IMG/VR virus record: IMGVR_UViG_3300008952_000004
Location: 96,001-160,000 of that record
DNA: 64,000 bases
Strand: one strand, 5' to 3'
From: a virus
The translations under genes and the position numbers were made by a program. Below the pieces are notes generated by a model, which was not told the origin of the DNA, made no database searches, and saw nothing but the letters and a program-made list of their open reading frames with translations. Shown piece by piece: positions 52,802-60,747 of the stretch (position 1 is its first letter; each line of letters begins with the position of its first letter).

Positions 52802-53065
52802 GTGATGATAATAACAAAACAAGTCTTAAAAGAGATGATAGTCGAAGAGATACAAAAAAGTCTTCTAAGCGAAGAGATAGCCGAAGAGGCAGATCCCGCT
52901 CAGGCATATGTTGATTGGATCGTTGCGATTCAAGAAGCTGCTACTGAAGCTTTAAAAGAAGTTGAGAGCGGCACCGAACCTTATGAAGCTGCATTTAGCT
53001 CTCGACTAAACCAATTGGCGTTCGGCTTAACTGGTGAAGATTTTTACCACCACTACTTTAGCTAG
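52802..53065 (+). CDS. Small leader-bearing protein (class B leader)
   Basis: 'MIITKQVLKEMIVEEIQKSLLSEE'. Confidence 0.65.
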   Translation: MMIITKQVLKEMIVEEIQKSLLSEEIAEEADPAQAYVDWIVAIQEAATEALKEVESGTEPYEAAFSSRLNQLAFGLTGEDFYHHYFS

Positions 53066-53076
53066 GAGAATAAATA

Positions 53077-54009
53077 ATGGGAAAGAAAAGACTTACAGAA
53101 ATTGCAGTTAGGGAGTGGGCTCAGTATTTGCGCGAGGCAGAATCTGCCACTGCTGCTGCCAGTGAGGCAGAAGTCACTGCGACTACTGATTTATCTGATT
53201 TGCATAAAAAAGCAAAAGATGCTCACAAAAATCGGGGTAAGGCTCTACAGGACCTAGCCTCTGCTGCTGAAGTTGAGAAAAAGGTTGCAACTGACGCCCA
53301 GGCAATTGAGGGCGATCGCGCTAATGCCTATAAAGCTGCCATTACGGCAAGGGACACCTCCAGTGATTTGCGTGATCAAAACAGCAAAGCAAACAAGAAA
53401 AAAGAAGATATTTTAAAAAGGTCAGCCGATGCACAAGAAAAGAAGGCGAAGGCTGATGAACTTAGCGCCAAAGCCGCAGAAGCAATTGCAAAATCGGCTG
53501 AAGAAGTGGCTGATCTTGAAAACACAATGGCGAAAATTAACTCTCAATTTGAAAAAGCAAATCAAGAATTAAATAAAGCATCTGAAATGTTTGCAGATCT
53601 GGATAATCAAGCCGCAGACATATCAAAGCAGAAAGCCGCTGCTGCTGAGCAGCGCAAATCTGCTCAAGAGCAAGCAGCGACCGCTGCTGAGGAAGCAAGC
53701 AAGTTGAGCGATGAGTTCCAAAAGGCACATCAAGCATCTGCTGACGCTGCCGAAGATACAGCAACAGCTATAGAGGATGATGAAGAAGCCGAAGAAGCGG
53801 AAGAAGAAGCCGAAGAAGAGGAAGAAGAAGAGGAAGAAGAAGAGAAAGAAGATGAGGAGCAAGAGAGGGAAGAAAAAGAAGCAGATCGGCAAGCGGCAGA
53901 CGAAGAAGCTGCGGAAGAAGCCGAGGAAGAAGCTGCGGAAGAAGCCGAGGAAGAAGCTGAGGAGCCTGATCTAAAGGATATTAAGGAGATATTTAAGAGA
54001 TATCTATAG
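53077..54009 (+). CDS. Ala/Lys/Glu coiled-coil protein with poly-Glu tail and leader
   Basis: 'RLTE..VREWAQYLRE/A' N-terminus; long coiled coil; EEEEEEEE and EEAAEEAE repeats. Confidence 0.7.
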   Translation: MGKKRLTEIAVREWAQYLREAESATAAASEAEVTATTDLSDLHKKAKDAHKNRGKALQDLASAAEVEKKVATDAQAIEGDRANAYKAAITARDTSSDLRDQNSKANKKKEDILKRSADAQEKKAKADELSAKAAEAIAKSAEEVADLENTMAKINSQFEKANQELNKASEMFADLDNQAADISKQKAAAAEQRKSAQEQAATAAEEASKLSDEFQKAHQASADAAEDTATAIEDDEEAEEAEEEAEEEEEEEEEEEKEDEEQEREEKEADRQAADEEAAEEAEEEAAEEAEEEAEEPDLKDIKEIFKRYL

Positions 54010-54015
54010 AGGTGA

Positions 54016-54324
54016 TTGATGCGACGTCGTGCAACAAACCAATATAAAAATTTAAAATATTTAGTATATTTTTTACTCATGGTTGCATTTTGGACAATGC
54101 TATTGTGTGGTCCAATGGTCGCTAATGGAAAAACCGCACCGCCAAATTCTGCCAGATCTAAATTTTATGACTTTAGTGAGCAGTTGATCGACGGTGAAAT
54201 AAAAAAGCCAACTGCTCTATATACAGACGCCCGCGCCCGCGCAAAATTCGAACGACTTTTAAGACTCAAGAGATCATTTATGAGAGAATTATTCAATACA
54301 GCAAAAGAAAAAGTTTTTAAGTAA
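54016..54324 (+). CDS. cglF: CglF/GltF-like secreted gliding-motility protein homolog
   Basis: Signal-peptide-like N-terminus, then 'YDFSEQLIDGEIKKP...Y...R...FERLLRLKRSF..EL', matching the DF..xx[IV][DE]GE[IL].KP...F..L[IL].[LV]R..F..EL pattern I recall for myxobacterial CglF. Confidence 0.65.
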   Translation: MMRRRATNQYKNLKYLVYFLLMVAFWTMLLCGPMVANGKTAPPNSARSKFYDFSEQLIDGEIKKPTALYTDARARAKFERLLRLKRSFMRELFNTAKEKVFK

Positions 54325-54464
54325 CGCAAGGAGATAATAAATGTCTAAATATGACGATTTGATGCATAGTTATACTGTTGCCAAAGCGGCTGAAAATATT
54401 GATTGGTCCTCTGAATCTGGCACCACCAAGTTAATCGCTTGCACTTATCACGCGGGGTAGAAAA

Positions 54465-54641
54465 ATGAAATTGCCTGACATGAAACAAGTTTTAATCGCC
54501 TGCGTGGGTATCAATGTTGCCCTCCTTGCCGGAGGTTTAGCCTTGGAGGACTACCAACTCGTAACACTGGCAGTGCTTTCAGGAGCTTCTTGCTTGCTGG
54601 GCATCCGTGTTAGAAGGCAGATCGACGAGGAGCAGGAATGA
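54465..54641 (+). CDS. Small two-TM membrane protein (58 aa, not in ORF track)
   Basis: MKLPDMKQVLIACVGINVALLAGGLALEDYQLVTLAVLSGASCLLGIRVRRQIDEEQE; ATGA-coupled to 54638. Confidence 0.55.
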   Translation: MKLPDMKQVLIACVGINVALLAGGLALEDYQLVTLAVLSGASCLLGIRVRRQIDEEQE

Positions 54642-55243
54642 AACTTATAATGGAAAGCTTCAGGAAGTTTATTAACGAGGCTCCAATGGAGTTGTCTAAA
54701 ACGACAGGTCTTTATGTGGAAGATTCTTTTATCGCTGTTTATGATTATTATGCGATGAGGGCATCAATTAAAAGATCTTTGGGCAGCGAAGAGCACATGG
54801 AGAAAGTAGGTAAAGCGATTCTCGGTGCTATGCGCTTGGGCTTTCGCTCTGGAAATATGGTTGTTGAAGAAGTATGGGCACAGAAAGGCTACGGACCACT
54901 CCTGTACAGGCTTGCTCTTGAACAGTCTTCGCAGCACGGGTTAGCCCCATCCAGAGTCAAAGGCGAGGTTTCCGATGCTGCGTCAAGCGTGTGGAAGGAA
55001 TTCTATGACGGCAAGGGTGCCGAGTACGCAAAACACAAACCGGCAGAAGAACAAATCCACGGGATAGAGTGGCTGGATGCTGTTTATTATCCCACCAGTA
55101 CAGTTCAAGGTAAGGACACATCCGTTGCTTTGAATAAAAAAGTTTTTAACAGAACCTCTGATCCTTACGAGGAGTTGGAAACGAATTTTCTTGAGATTGC
55201 CCACTCAAAGTTGCGAGACGAAATGTCAAAGGTGGGGTACTGA
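54638..55243 (+). CDS. Leader-bearing GNAT-fold protein
   Basis: 'MKLIMESFRKFINE/A'; 'VEEVWAQKGYGPLLYRLAL' acetyl-CoA-binding-like motif. Confidence 0.55.
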   Translation: MKLIMESFRKFINEAPMELSKTTGLYVEDSFIAVYDYYAMRASIKRSLGSEEHMEKVGKAILGAMRLGFRSGNMVVEEVWAQKGYGPLLYRLALEQSSQHGLAPSRVKGEVSDAASSVWKEFYDGKGAEYAKHKPAEEQIHGIEWLDAVYYPTSTVQGKDTSVALNKKVFNRTSDPYEELETNFLEIAHSKLRDEMSKVGY

Positions 55244-56307
55244 TGAAGCTAATAATGGAAAACTGGCGCAGGCACTTGAATGAGATTACCTCTGTTCCGC
55301 AGGAGCATATGCAAGCTTTTAAGGATGCTATAGCCGATTCCAAATTTTGGACGCTCCCACACACTGAAGATGAAATAGACATAGGACCAGCAGAAGAGCT
55401 TACCACCCCCGCTGTTGAGGCTTTGGCTAATTCTTTAAACGATGTTGCCGAAGCCTTGGGAACAGAAATATATTTTCTTTTTACCACGATAAGCGAAGAG
55501 GAATATGCGTTGGGACCGGATAGTCCATATCCCGGCTACCCAAACAACTGGCTGATGCAGGGTGCATATCAGGGACCACAAAAGGGAAAGCATGTGGTTT
55601 GGTTTCAATTTCGACCGCTAGCTGAAGACTTCGAGATGGCTAAGCTTAATTCCGAGGCTCTGGTTAAGGTGTTATCTCAAACTTTAAATCATGAGCTTGT
55701 GCACTATTATCAGCTTAAAAAGCAAGCTGCAAACAAAGGGATCAGCGACGAAGAAGCATGGGCTGAGCTTGAAAAGGATCCAAAGCAATTGCCACAAGAC
55801 GGCGAGGAGCAGACTTACCTTGGCTTGCACAACGAGATAGATGCATATGCCCATGAAGCAGCAGAGCAACTGTTGGACAAACACTCGCCAGAAGAGGCGC
55901 TGGATATAATCCGAAAGCTGTCGGCAGATAACTTAGAAAAATATCCAGAAATATCTTCGGTTGTTAAAAGATATGTGGAAGTCTTCAAGAGTGATCCAAA
56001 AACACTGGACAAATTCCGAAAGAAGCTGGTTAAACAGATTGAAAGCCAGTCGGGTATGCAGGAAATATTTAATAATTGGCGAGGGTATTTAAAAGAAATG
56101 ATTGATTTGGACATTGAAGTAGGGGATGTGATCCTCGGTGGGAAATATAAAAATAAAAGAATGATCGTCAAGGACATCGGCGAAGATGAGTTGGGGCAGC
56201 CAACCGTAAATGGGAAACCAATTTTAAAATTCAGGATTGAGAAATTTTTGCCCGACGAAAAAAAGAGCAAGAAGACACTTGATGCGGAGAAGGAGAAAGA
56301 CGAATGA
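55243..56307 (+). CDS. Leader-bearing HExxH metallopeptidase-like protein with second internal leader and SH3-like module
   Basis: 'MKLIMENWRRHLNE/I'; 'LNHELVHYYQ...Y...HNEIDAYA'; internal 'MQEIFNNWRGYLKE/M'. Confidence 0.65.
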   Translation: MKLIMENWRRHLNEITSVPQEHMQAFKDAIADSKFWTLPHTEDEIDIGPAEELTTPAVEALANSLNDVAEALGTEIYFLFTTISEEEYALGPDSPYPGYPNNWLMQGAYQGPQKGKHVVWFQFRPLAEDFEMAKLNSEALVKVLSQTLNHELVHYYQLKKQAANKGISDEEAWAELEKDPKQLPQDGEEQTYLGLHNEIDAYAHEAAEQLLDKHSPEEALDIIRKLSADNLEKYPEISSVVKRYVEVFKSDPKTLDKFRKKLVKQIESQSGMQEIFNNWRGYLKEMIDLDIEVGDVILGGKYKNKRMIVKDIGEDELGQPTVNGKPILKFRIEKFLPDEKKSKKTLDAEKEKDE

Positions 56308-56594
56308 AATTTCTAATGGAAAGATGGAAAAGGTTTGTGAACGAGAACGAAGTCTACGACCAGAAGAGCTACGACTTGGGCTTGTCCAACGAAGACGGCA
56401 CCAGAACTCAATCCGGCAAGCTTCTAGGGAATATCGCAAAGAGAGGACGAGAAGGTTATACCCCATCTGCGGGGCAAAAAACGATTCTTTCCATTCTCAG
56501 TGATGAAGGCTTGATCAGTTATGGACTTCACCCTATGGGCGGCTCAAGAGCAGTCATCACTGATAAAGGACTAGACGCATTGTCTGGTATATAG
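56304..56594 (+). CDS. Leader-bearing small winged-helix-like protein
   Basis: 'MKFLMERWKRFVNE/N'; 'ILSILSDEGLI.......AVITDKGLDAL'. Confidence 0.55.
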   Translation: MKFLMERWKRFVNENEVYDQKSYDLGLSNEDGTRTQSGKLLGNIAKRGREGYTPSAGQKTILSILSDEGLISYGLHPMGGSRAVITDKGLDALSGI

Positions 56595-56611
56595 AAGAAG
56601 GAAAAAGAAGA

Positions 56612-57064
56612 ATGAAACTTATAATGGAAAACTTTAGGAAATTTATTAAAGAGGCACAATGGGGAGGCTTTACTGGAGGCGCCGCGCCATTAGATGAACC
56701 AGCACCAGACAGCGGAGTTGTCCCTCCCGAACAGCTAAGAAAGATGTGGGAGATCTATATTGAAATGGGTATGAGCCCCGAAGAGATTTTACAAACCCCA
56801 GAGTTTGTTGAAGCTGGGATTACCGATCCCGAGCAATTGCAAGAAGCAATCACTCTTGATATTGAAGTCGGAGATATTGTTCTCGGCGGCAAGTATAAAA
56901 ATAAAAGAATCGAGGTCAAAGAGATTGGCACAGATGATATTGGTCAGCCGACCATCAATGGCAAATCGCTTTTAAAATTTAGAATTGAGAAACAACTACC
57001 AGACAGCAAAAAGAGCAAAAAAACGCTTGATGCGGAAAAAAAGGAAGAGGGGTCAAAAGAATGA
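56612..57064 (+). CDS. Leader-bearing protein with SH3-like module
   Basis: 'MKLIMENFRKFIKE/A'; C-terminal module near-identical to that of 55243. Confidence 0.7.
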   Translation: MKLIMENFRKFIKEAQWGGFTGGAAPLDEPAPDSGVVPPEQLRKMWEIYIEMGMSPEEILQTPEFVEAGITDPEQLQEAITLDIEVGDIVLGGKYKNKRIEVKEIGTDDIGQPTINGKSLLKFRIEKQLPDSKKSKKTLDAEKKEEGSKE

Positions 57065-57642
57065 AGAAAATACTAACAGAGTGGCGTAAATATGCCATGA
57101 AAGAAGCTTACTATGGGGGCGTACCGGGCGAACCAGAAACGCCAGCAGGGTATGGAGGTGCGCTTGACGCAGCGAAGGCTCAGCAACACTTGAGCGATGA
57201 GATCGATGACCTAGTTCGTTTGGGCAAGATAGATATTAATGACTTGTCCGTTGAAACCCTCAGAGCAAATCAAGAAATCCCGTGGGATAAATTTCAAGCC
57301 ATTGACGATGAAGTTTTAGGAGATATCATTCGAGACTATCAGAGGAAAAAGAAATTTTATAGAGAGAGTTTGCAAGAAGAACCGCGTGGAGTCTCAGACT
57401 TACTTAAGTCGGCAGAGATGATCCGGTGGCACCTTGGAGCGCTTACAAATGATGCGGGGGACTTGGCTATGCTCACGCAACAACATCAAGAAACCATTGA
57501 TGAGCTTTTAGCAGGGCAGAATTTTGAAGAAGCTGTCAAAGCCCTTGAACCCTATATTGAAAAGCTGGGACCATTGGCTCAGGACATCGCGACTGCCCAT
57601 AAAGATCTTCAGCTTTTGAAAGACTCACTCAAGGACGGCTAG
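57061..57642 (+). CDS. Leader-bearing hypothetical protein
   Basis: 'MKKILTEWRKYAMKE/A'; internal 'SLQE/E'. Confidence 0.65.
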   Translation: MKKILTEWRKYAMKEAYYGGVPGEPETPAGYGGALDAAKAQQHLSDEIDDLVRLGKIDINDLSVETLRANQEIPWDKFQAIDDEVLGDIIRDYQRKKKFYRESLQEEPRGVSDLLKSAEMIRWHLGALTNDAGDLAMLTQQHQETIDELLAGQNFEEAVKALEPYIEKLGPLAQDIATAHKDLQLLKDSLKDG

Positions 57643-57645
57643 CCC

Positions 57646-58305
57646 ATGAAAGATATAATGGAACAATGGAGAGAGTACTCCAGCGGAGACGCGACACAAA
57701 CCCAATTAGATGAAGGGTTGATCGACGACGCCATGTCATGGGTCAAAGAGAAGGGCGCCGCAGCTAAAGAGGCGACCATAGATTTCTTTCAGAAGCTCAA
57801 GGTTGAGCTTGGTGAAACTAAGGAAGGCGCGCTTTTATTGGCTAAAATGGTGCGAGGCGAACAGCTAACGCCAGAAGAAGAACAAGCACTCACAACACAG
57901 GCTCAGGACATCGGCAAGGGTCTTCCACTGTTGGCAATATTTGTCTTGCCGGGAGGTGGCATAGCTGCTGCAGCGTTGGTGAAGTTAGCAAAGAAGTTTG
58001 GCGTCGACTTGATGCCCACAGCATTTGCTGATGAGACGAATGAAAGCCCTATAAAAGAACGAGCAGTCAACGTGGGACCTATCTGGCGAAAATTTAAACC
58101 AGAGTTGCAAGCTGCCATGGCTGAGTTCATGACGTCATACCTCGCAAACCAGAATGAGGTGGAAGGCTTAGAAGATCTCAATCAAGAGCGTCTGGTCACG
58201 GCTATGACAACGGCTGCTACGTCTGAAGTGTCCAAGGTGTGTCTGGTCGTGAAAGCAACGCCAACCAAACACGGGATTCTGAACGCTGGGAAACAAAATA
58301 AGTGA
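57646..58305 (+). CDS. Leader-bearing protein with LETM1-like hydrophobic hairpin
   Basis: 'MKDIMEQWREY...QLDE/G'; 'ETKE...L.K...G..LT.EE......Q..D..K.LPLLAIFVLPGG'. Confidence 0.55.
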   Translation: MKDIMEQWREYSSGDATQTQLDEGLIDDAMSWVKEKGAAAKEATIDFFQKLKVELGETKEGALLLAKMVRGEQLTPEEEQALTTQAQDIGKGLPLLAIFVLPGGGIAAAALVKLAKKFGVDLMPTAFADETNESPIKERAVNVGPIWRKFKPELQAAMAEFMTSYLANQNEVEGLEDLNQERLVTAMTTAATSEVSKVCLVVKATPTKHGILNAGKQNK

Positions 58306-58868
58306 AATTAATAATGGAAAGTTGGCGAGGCTTCTTGAACGAGGGATCCAAAGAAACCATTGTAGCATTTTTCGGTTCCTCTGGCTCTGGTAAGAGTCAC
58401 GCTAAGAAATACTTTGTAGATCAAGGCTGGCGCGAGATTAGAACCAACTCCACCCGCCCGCCAAGAGGGGCGGAGGATAAAGAATATAATTTCTGGTCCG
58501 AAGAAGAGTTCAAAGAACTCATGGACGCTGGCAAGCTCGTTAATACGAATGAATATCAAGGAAACTGGTATGGTACTCACGTTGATGATCTTAACGAGCC
58601 GGGTTCAGCCGTGATGCTTACAGACACAACCAGCTTGGACAAGCTCAAGCAGGTAGCCGGGGATCGCCTTACCCTTGTGTACACCGCCCCACCTTCAGAC
58701 GCAGAGATGGAAAAGAGACACAAGGATCGTGGCACACCAGAACGACTGGCAGTTGCAGCCGCTGAGAAGGAACGGGATACTGCCGAACTCGCGGATCGCG
58801 GCGACGTACTGACCGTCAACAACCAACAAGAAATTGAAGATTTAGAGCAGCAATTGCGGGCTTTTTAG
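58302..58868 (+). CDS. gmk: Leader-bearing guanylate kinase-like protein
   Basis: GTG start; 'KLIMESWRGFLNE/G'; P-loop 'GSSGSGKS', 'STRPPRGAE', 'Y.F.S.EEF', 'YQGNWYGT'. Confidence 0.8.
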   Translation: MKLIMESWRGFLNEGSKETIVAFFGSSGSGKSHAKKYFVDQGWREIRTNSTRPPRGAEDKEYNFWSEEEFKELMDAGKLVNTNEYQGNWYGTHVDDLNEPGSAVMLTDTTSLDKLKQVAGDRLTLVYTAPPSDAEMEKRHKDRGTPERLAVAAAEKERDTAELADRGDVLTVNNQQEIEDLEQQLRAF

Positions 58869-58925
58869 GCACTGACGCTCTACTTAGACCAACGCCAGAA
58901 GTGGCTGCAAAATAGGAGGTAGAAC

Positions 58926-59060
58926 GTGGAATACTTTATTGTTTCCCCCAATCATCAGGAGCTATACGAACAGATCAAAAAGATCGTGGTTGACTGGAAT
59001 ATGGATCACCGAATCAAAGTCGTTAAAAGTGCTCAAGGCTCTCTTTGCGAAAAAAAATAA
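58926..59060 (+). CDS. Small hypothetical protein (44 aa, not in ORF track)
   Basis: GGAGGT RBS then GTG; MEYFIVSPNHQELYEQIKKIVVDWNMDHRIKVVKSAQGSLCEKK. Confidence 0.4.
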   Translation: MEYFIVSPNHQELYEQIKKIVVDWNMDHRIKVVKSAQGSLCEKK

Positions 59061-59182
59061 TTATTTTTACCTTAAAACCTCTTTTAGAAGTTTCAGCACT
59101 TAATTAATAACAGGTGTGTAAGACTATTCGCACCGCCTAATCCAATGAATTAGACTTTAAATTAATAGGAGAGCGACTATAA

Positions 59183-59806
59183 GTGGCACTAAAGGTCAAG
59201 GCTAAATACATATTATCTTGGTTGTTAGCTACCAGCTTTATGTATTTCCTTGTACAGTTTGTCGTTACTGATGATTACTCTTTCATGATTCCTGCTGATC
59301 ACGTGGTACCTTTCATTCCGGAATTTATATGGATATATCATACGCTTATGCCGGTTATTGTGATTAGTACTATCTTTTCAATGGAGCGCCGGGATGTGTT
59401 TTTTAATACTTTGCTGGCGTTAACGTTTTCTGTAATAATTTTAACTGCTTTTCATATTCTCTTTCCATCGTTTTATCCACGACAAGAAATAGAAGCTGAC
59501 TCATTATCTCTGATGCTGGTGGAGTTTACGAGATTGGTGGATGCTTCCTGTAACACTTTTCCGTCCGGTCATGTAACGTTTGCTTGGATCCTGTACTTTT
59601 GTATTAGAGACGCAAATTGTTTAAAAAGAACAAAGGTTCTCCATCTAGCCTACTTACTATGGGCTATATTAATAGCCGTGTCTACAATTGTACTAAAGCA
59701 GCATTATTTATTCGATGTTGCCGCCGGGGTTTTATTGGCTTGGTGCAGCGTGGTTGTGGCAAAGAGAACAAGAGGCGGCTTTATAGGTGGAAAACGACAC
59801 TCCTGA
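59183..59806 (+). CDS. PAP2-superfamily membrane lipid phosphatase/phosphotransferase (IPC-synthase-like)
   Basis: Multiple TM helices; 'NTFPSGHV' and 'ST...KQHY..DV..G' catalytic motifs. Confidence 0.88.
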   Translation: MALKVKAKYILSWLLATSFMYFLVQFVVTDDYSFMIPADHVVPFIPEFIWIYHTLMPVIVISTIFSMERRDVFFNTLLALTFSVIILTAFHILFPSFYPRQEIEADSLSLMLVEFTRLVDASCNTFPSGHVTFAWILYFCIRDANCLKRTKVLHLAYLLWAILIAVSTIVLKQHYLFDVAAGVLLAWCSVVVAKRTRGGFIGGKRHS

Positions 59807-60413
59807 AGATTATCAGCGTCAAAAAAATCTGACAATAATTTGTGAGATTTTGCAGACTGATTATGTTTCTCTCTCGTTTAAAGAGTCAACCATAATGGAG
59901 AGCGAGGGCAAATCAACACATATTGAGTGCGTCATTAAAGAATCGTCAGGCGCTGAAAGACTTATCAGCGGCACCGGTCTTGGCGCGGTAGATGCTTTGT
60001 TTAATGCATTAATTAAAACATATATGTCGACCTGCATCACATTGGAAGACATAGTTGTGCAAGAATTTCATATTTTTGTCGACCGGACAGATTTAAGGAG
60101 ACGTCATAGAACAGGGCATCTTGGCGCCGATGCGCTAGTTAATACTTGCTTGGTGATCAATAACGGTCTTGGTCCTATCGTCCCGTTTCGCAGTCAAAAT
60201 ACGTCAGCAGTACGTGCAATGCTAGATGTAGTTTTGTCAGCGATTGAATTTTATATAAATTCCGAACAAGCTGTACGGCGATTAAGGGAATATATAGAGG
60301 ACGCAAGAAGCCGACGACGCCAAGACTTAGTGGAATTTTATACTTCAAGGATGGTCGACTTGGTTAAAAATGTGTCATACGAAAGAGTGTTACGAGGTGT
60401 TGATGAAAATTAG
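59787..60413 (+). CDS. Stand-alone LeuA (2-isopropylmalate synthase) C-terminal regulatory-domain-like protein
   Basis: 'ISGTGLGAVDALFNAL', 'V.EFHI', 'A.V...L', 'S...SAVRAML..I'. Confidence 0.6.
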   Translation: MENDTPEDYQRQKNLTIICEILQTDYVSLSFKESTIMESEGKSTHIECVIKESSGAERLISGTGLGAVDALFNALIKTYMSTCITLEDIVVQEFHIFVDRTDLRRRHRTGHLGADALVNTCLVINNGLGPIVPFRSQNTSAVRAMLDVVLSAIEFYINSEQAVRRLREYIEDARSRRRQDLVEFYTSRMVDLVKNVSYERVLRGVDEN

Positions 60414-60747
60414 TTCTAAAATAAAGAAGGCAACTGACGATGCTTGTCGACAGCTAACGCAAGGAGCTTTAATAAGATACCTCGATATTTATAGTGTCGC
60501 CATCGAGGATACGCTTAAAACTCAATATGACCTTTCAGCATTACCGAAAGATTGTGTTGGAATGGTGGTTGATGTGTTCGCGGCTTCTTCTTGGGATCCA
60601 ACAACTAATCAAGAAGAGGTTTTTTGGAATTATGAAATATACAGGACCGAAGGCTTTAGAGAAGTGATAACGAGTGAAGATATTTCTTGGCTCTTGAAAG
60701 AGGGGCACTTCGAAATACTTTGGTCACCGGAGAAAAACAATGAGTGA
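60403..60747 (+). CDS. Hypothetical protein (SH3-like)
   Basis: ATG 60403 overlaps the upstream gene end. Confidence 0.5.
   Translation: MKISSKIKKATDDACRQLTQGALIRYLDIYSVAIEDTLKTQYDLSALPKDCVGMVVDVFAASSWDPTTNQEEVFWNYEIYRTEGFREVITSEDISWLLKEGHFEILWSPEKNNE

Noticed and set aside
53623-54080. Poly-Ser/Phe minus-strand ORFs and a poly-Lys/Arg +frame ORF
   Set aside because: They are alternate readings of the GAAGAA poly-Glu tract of 53077.
54341-54460. 39-aa ORF MSKYDDLMHSY... with GGAG RBS
   Set aside because: It may be real, but it is too short and featureless to support.
59100-59182. Weak hairpins upstream of the PAP2 gene
   Set aside because: The stems are short and imperfect, with no second copy or recognisable riboswitch consensus.
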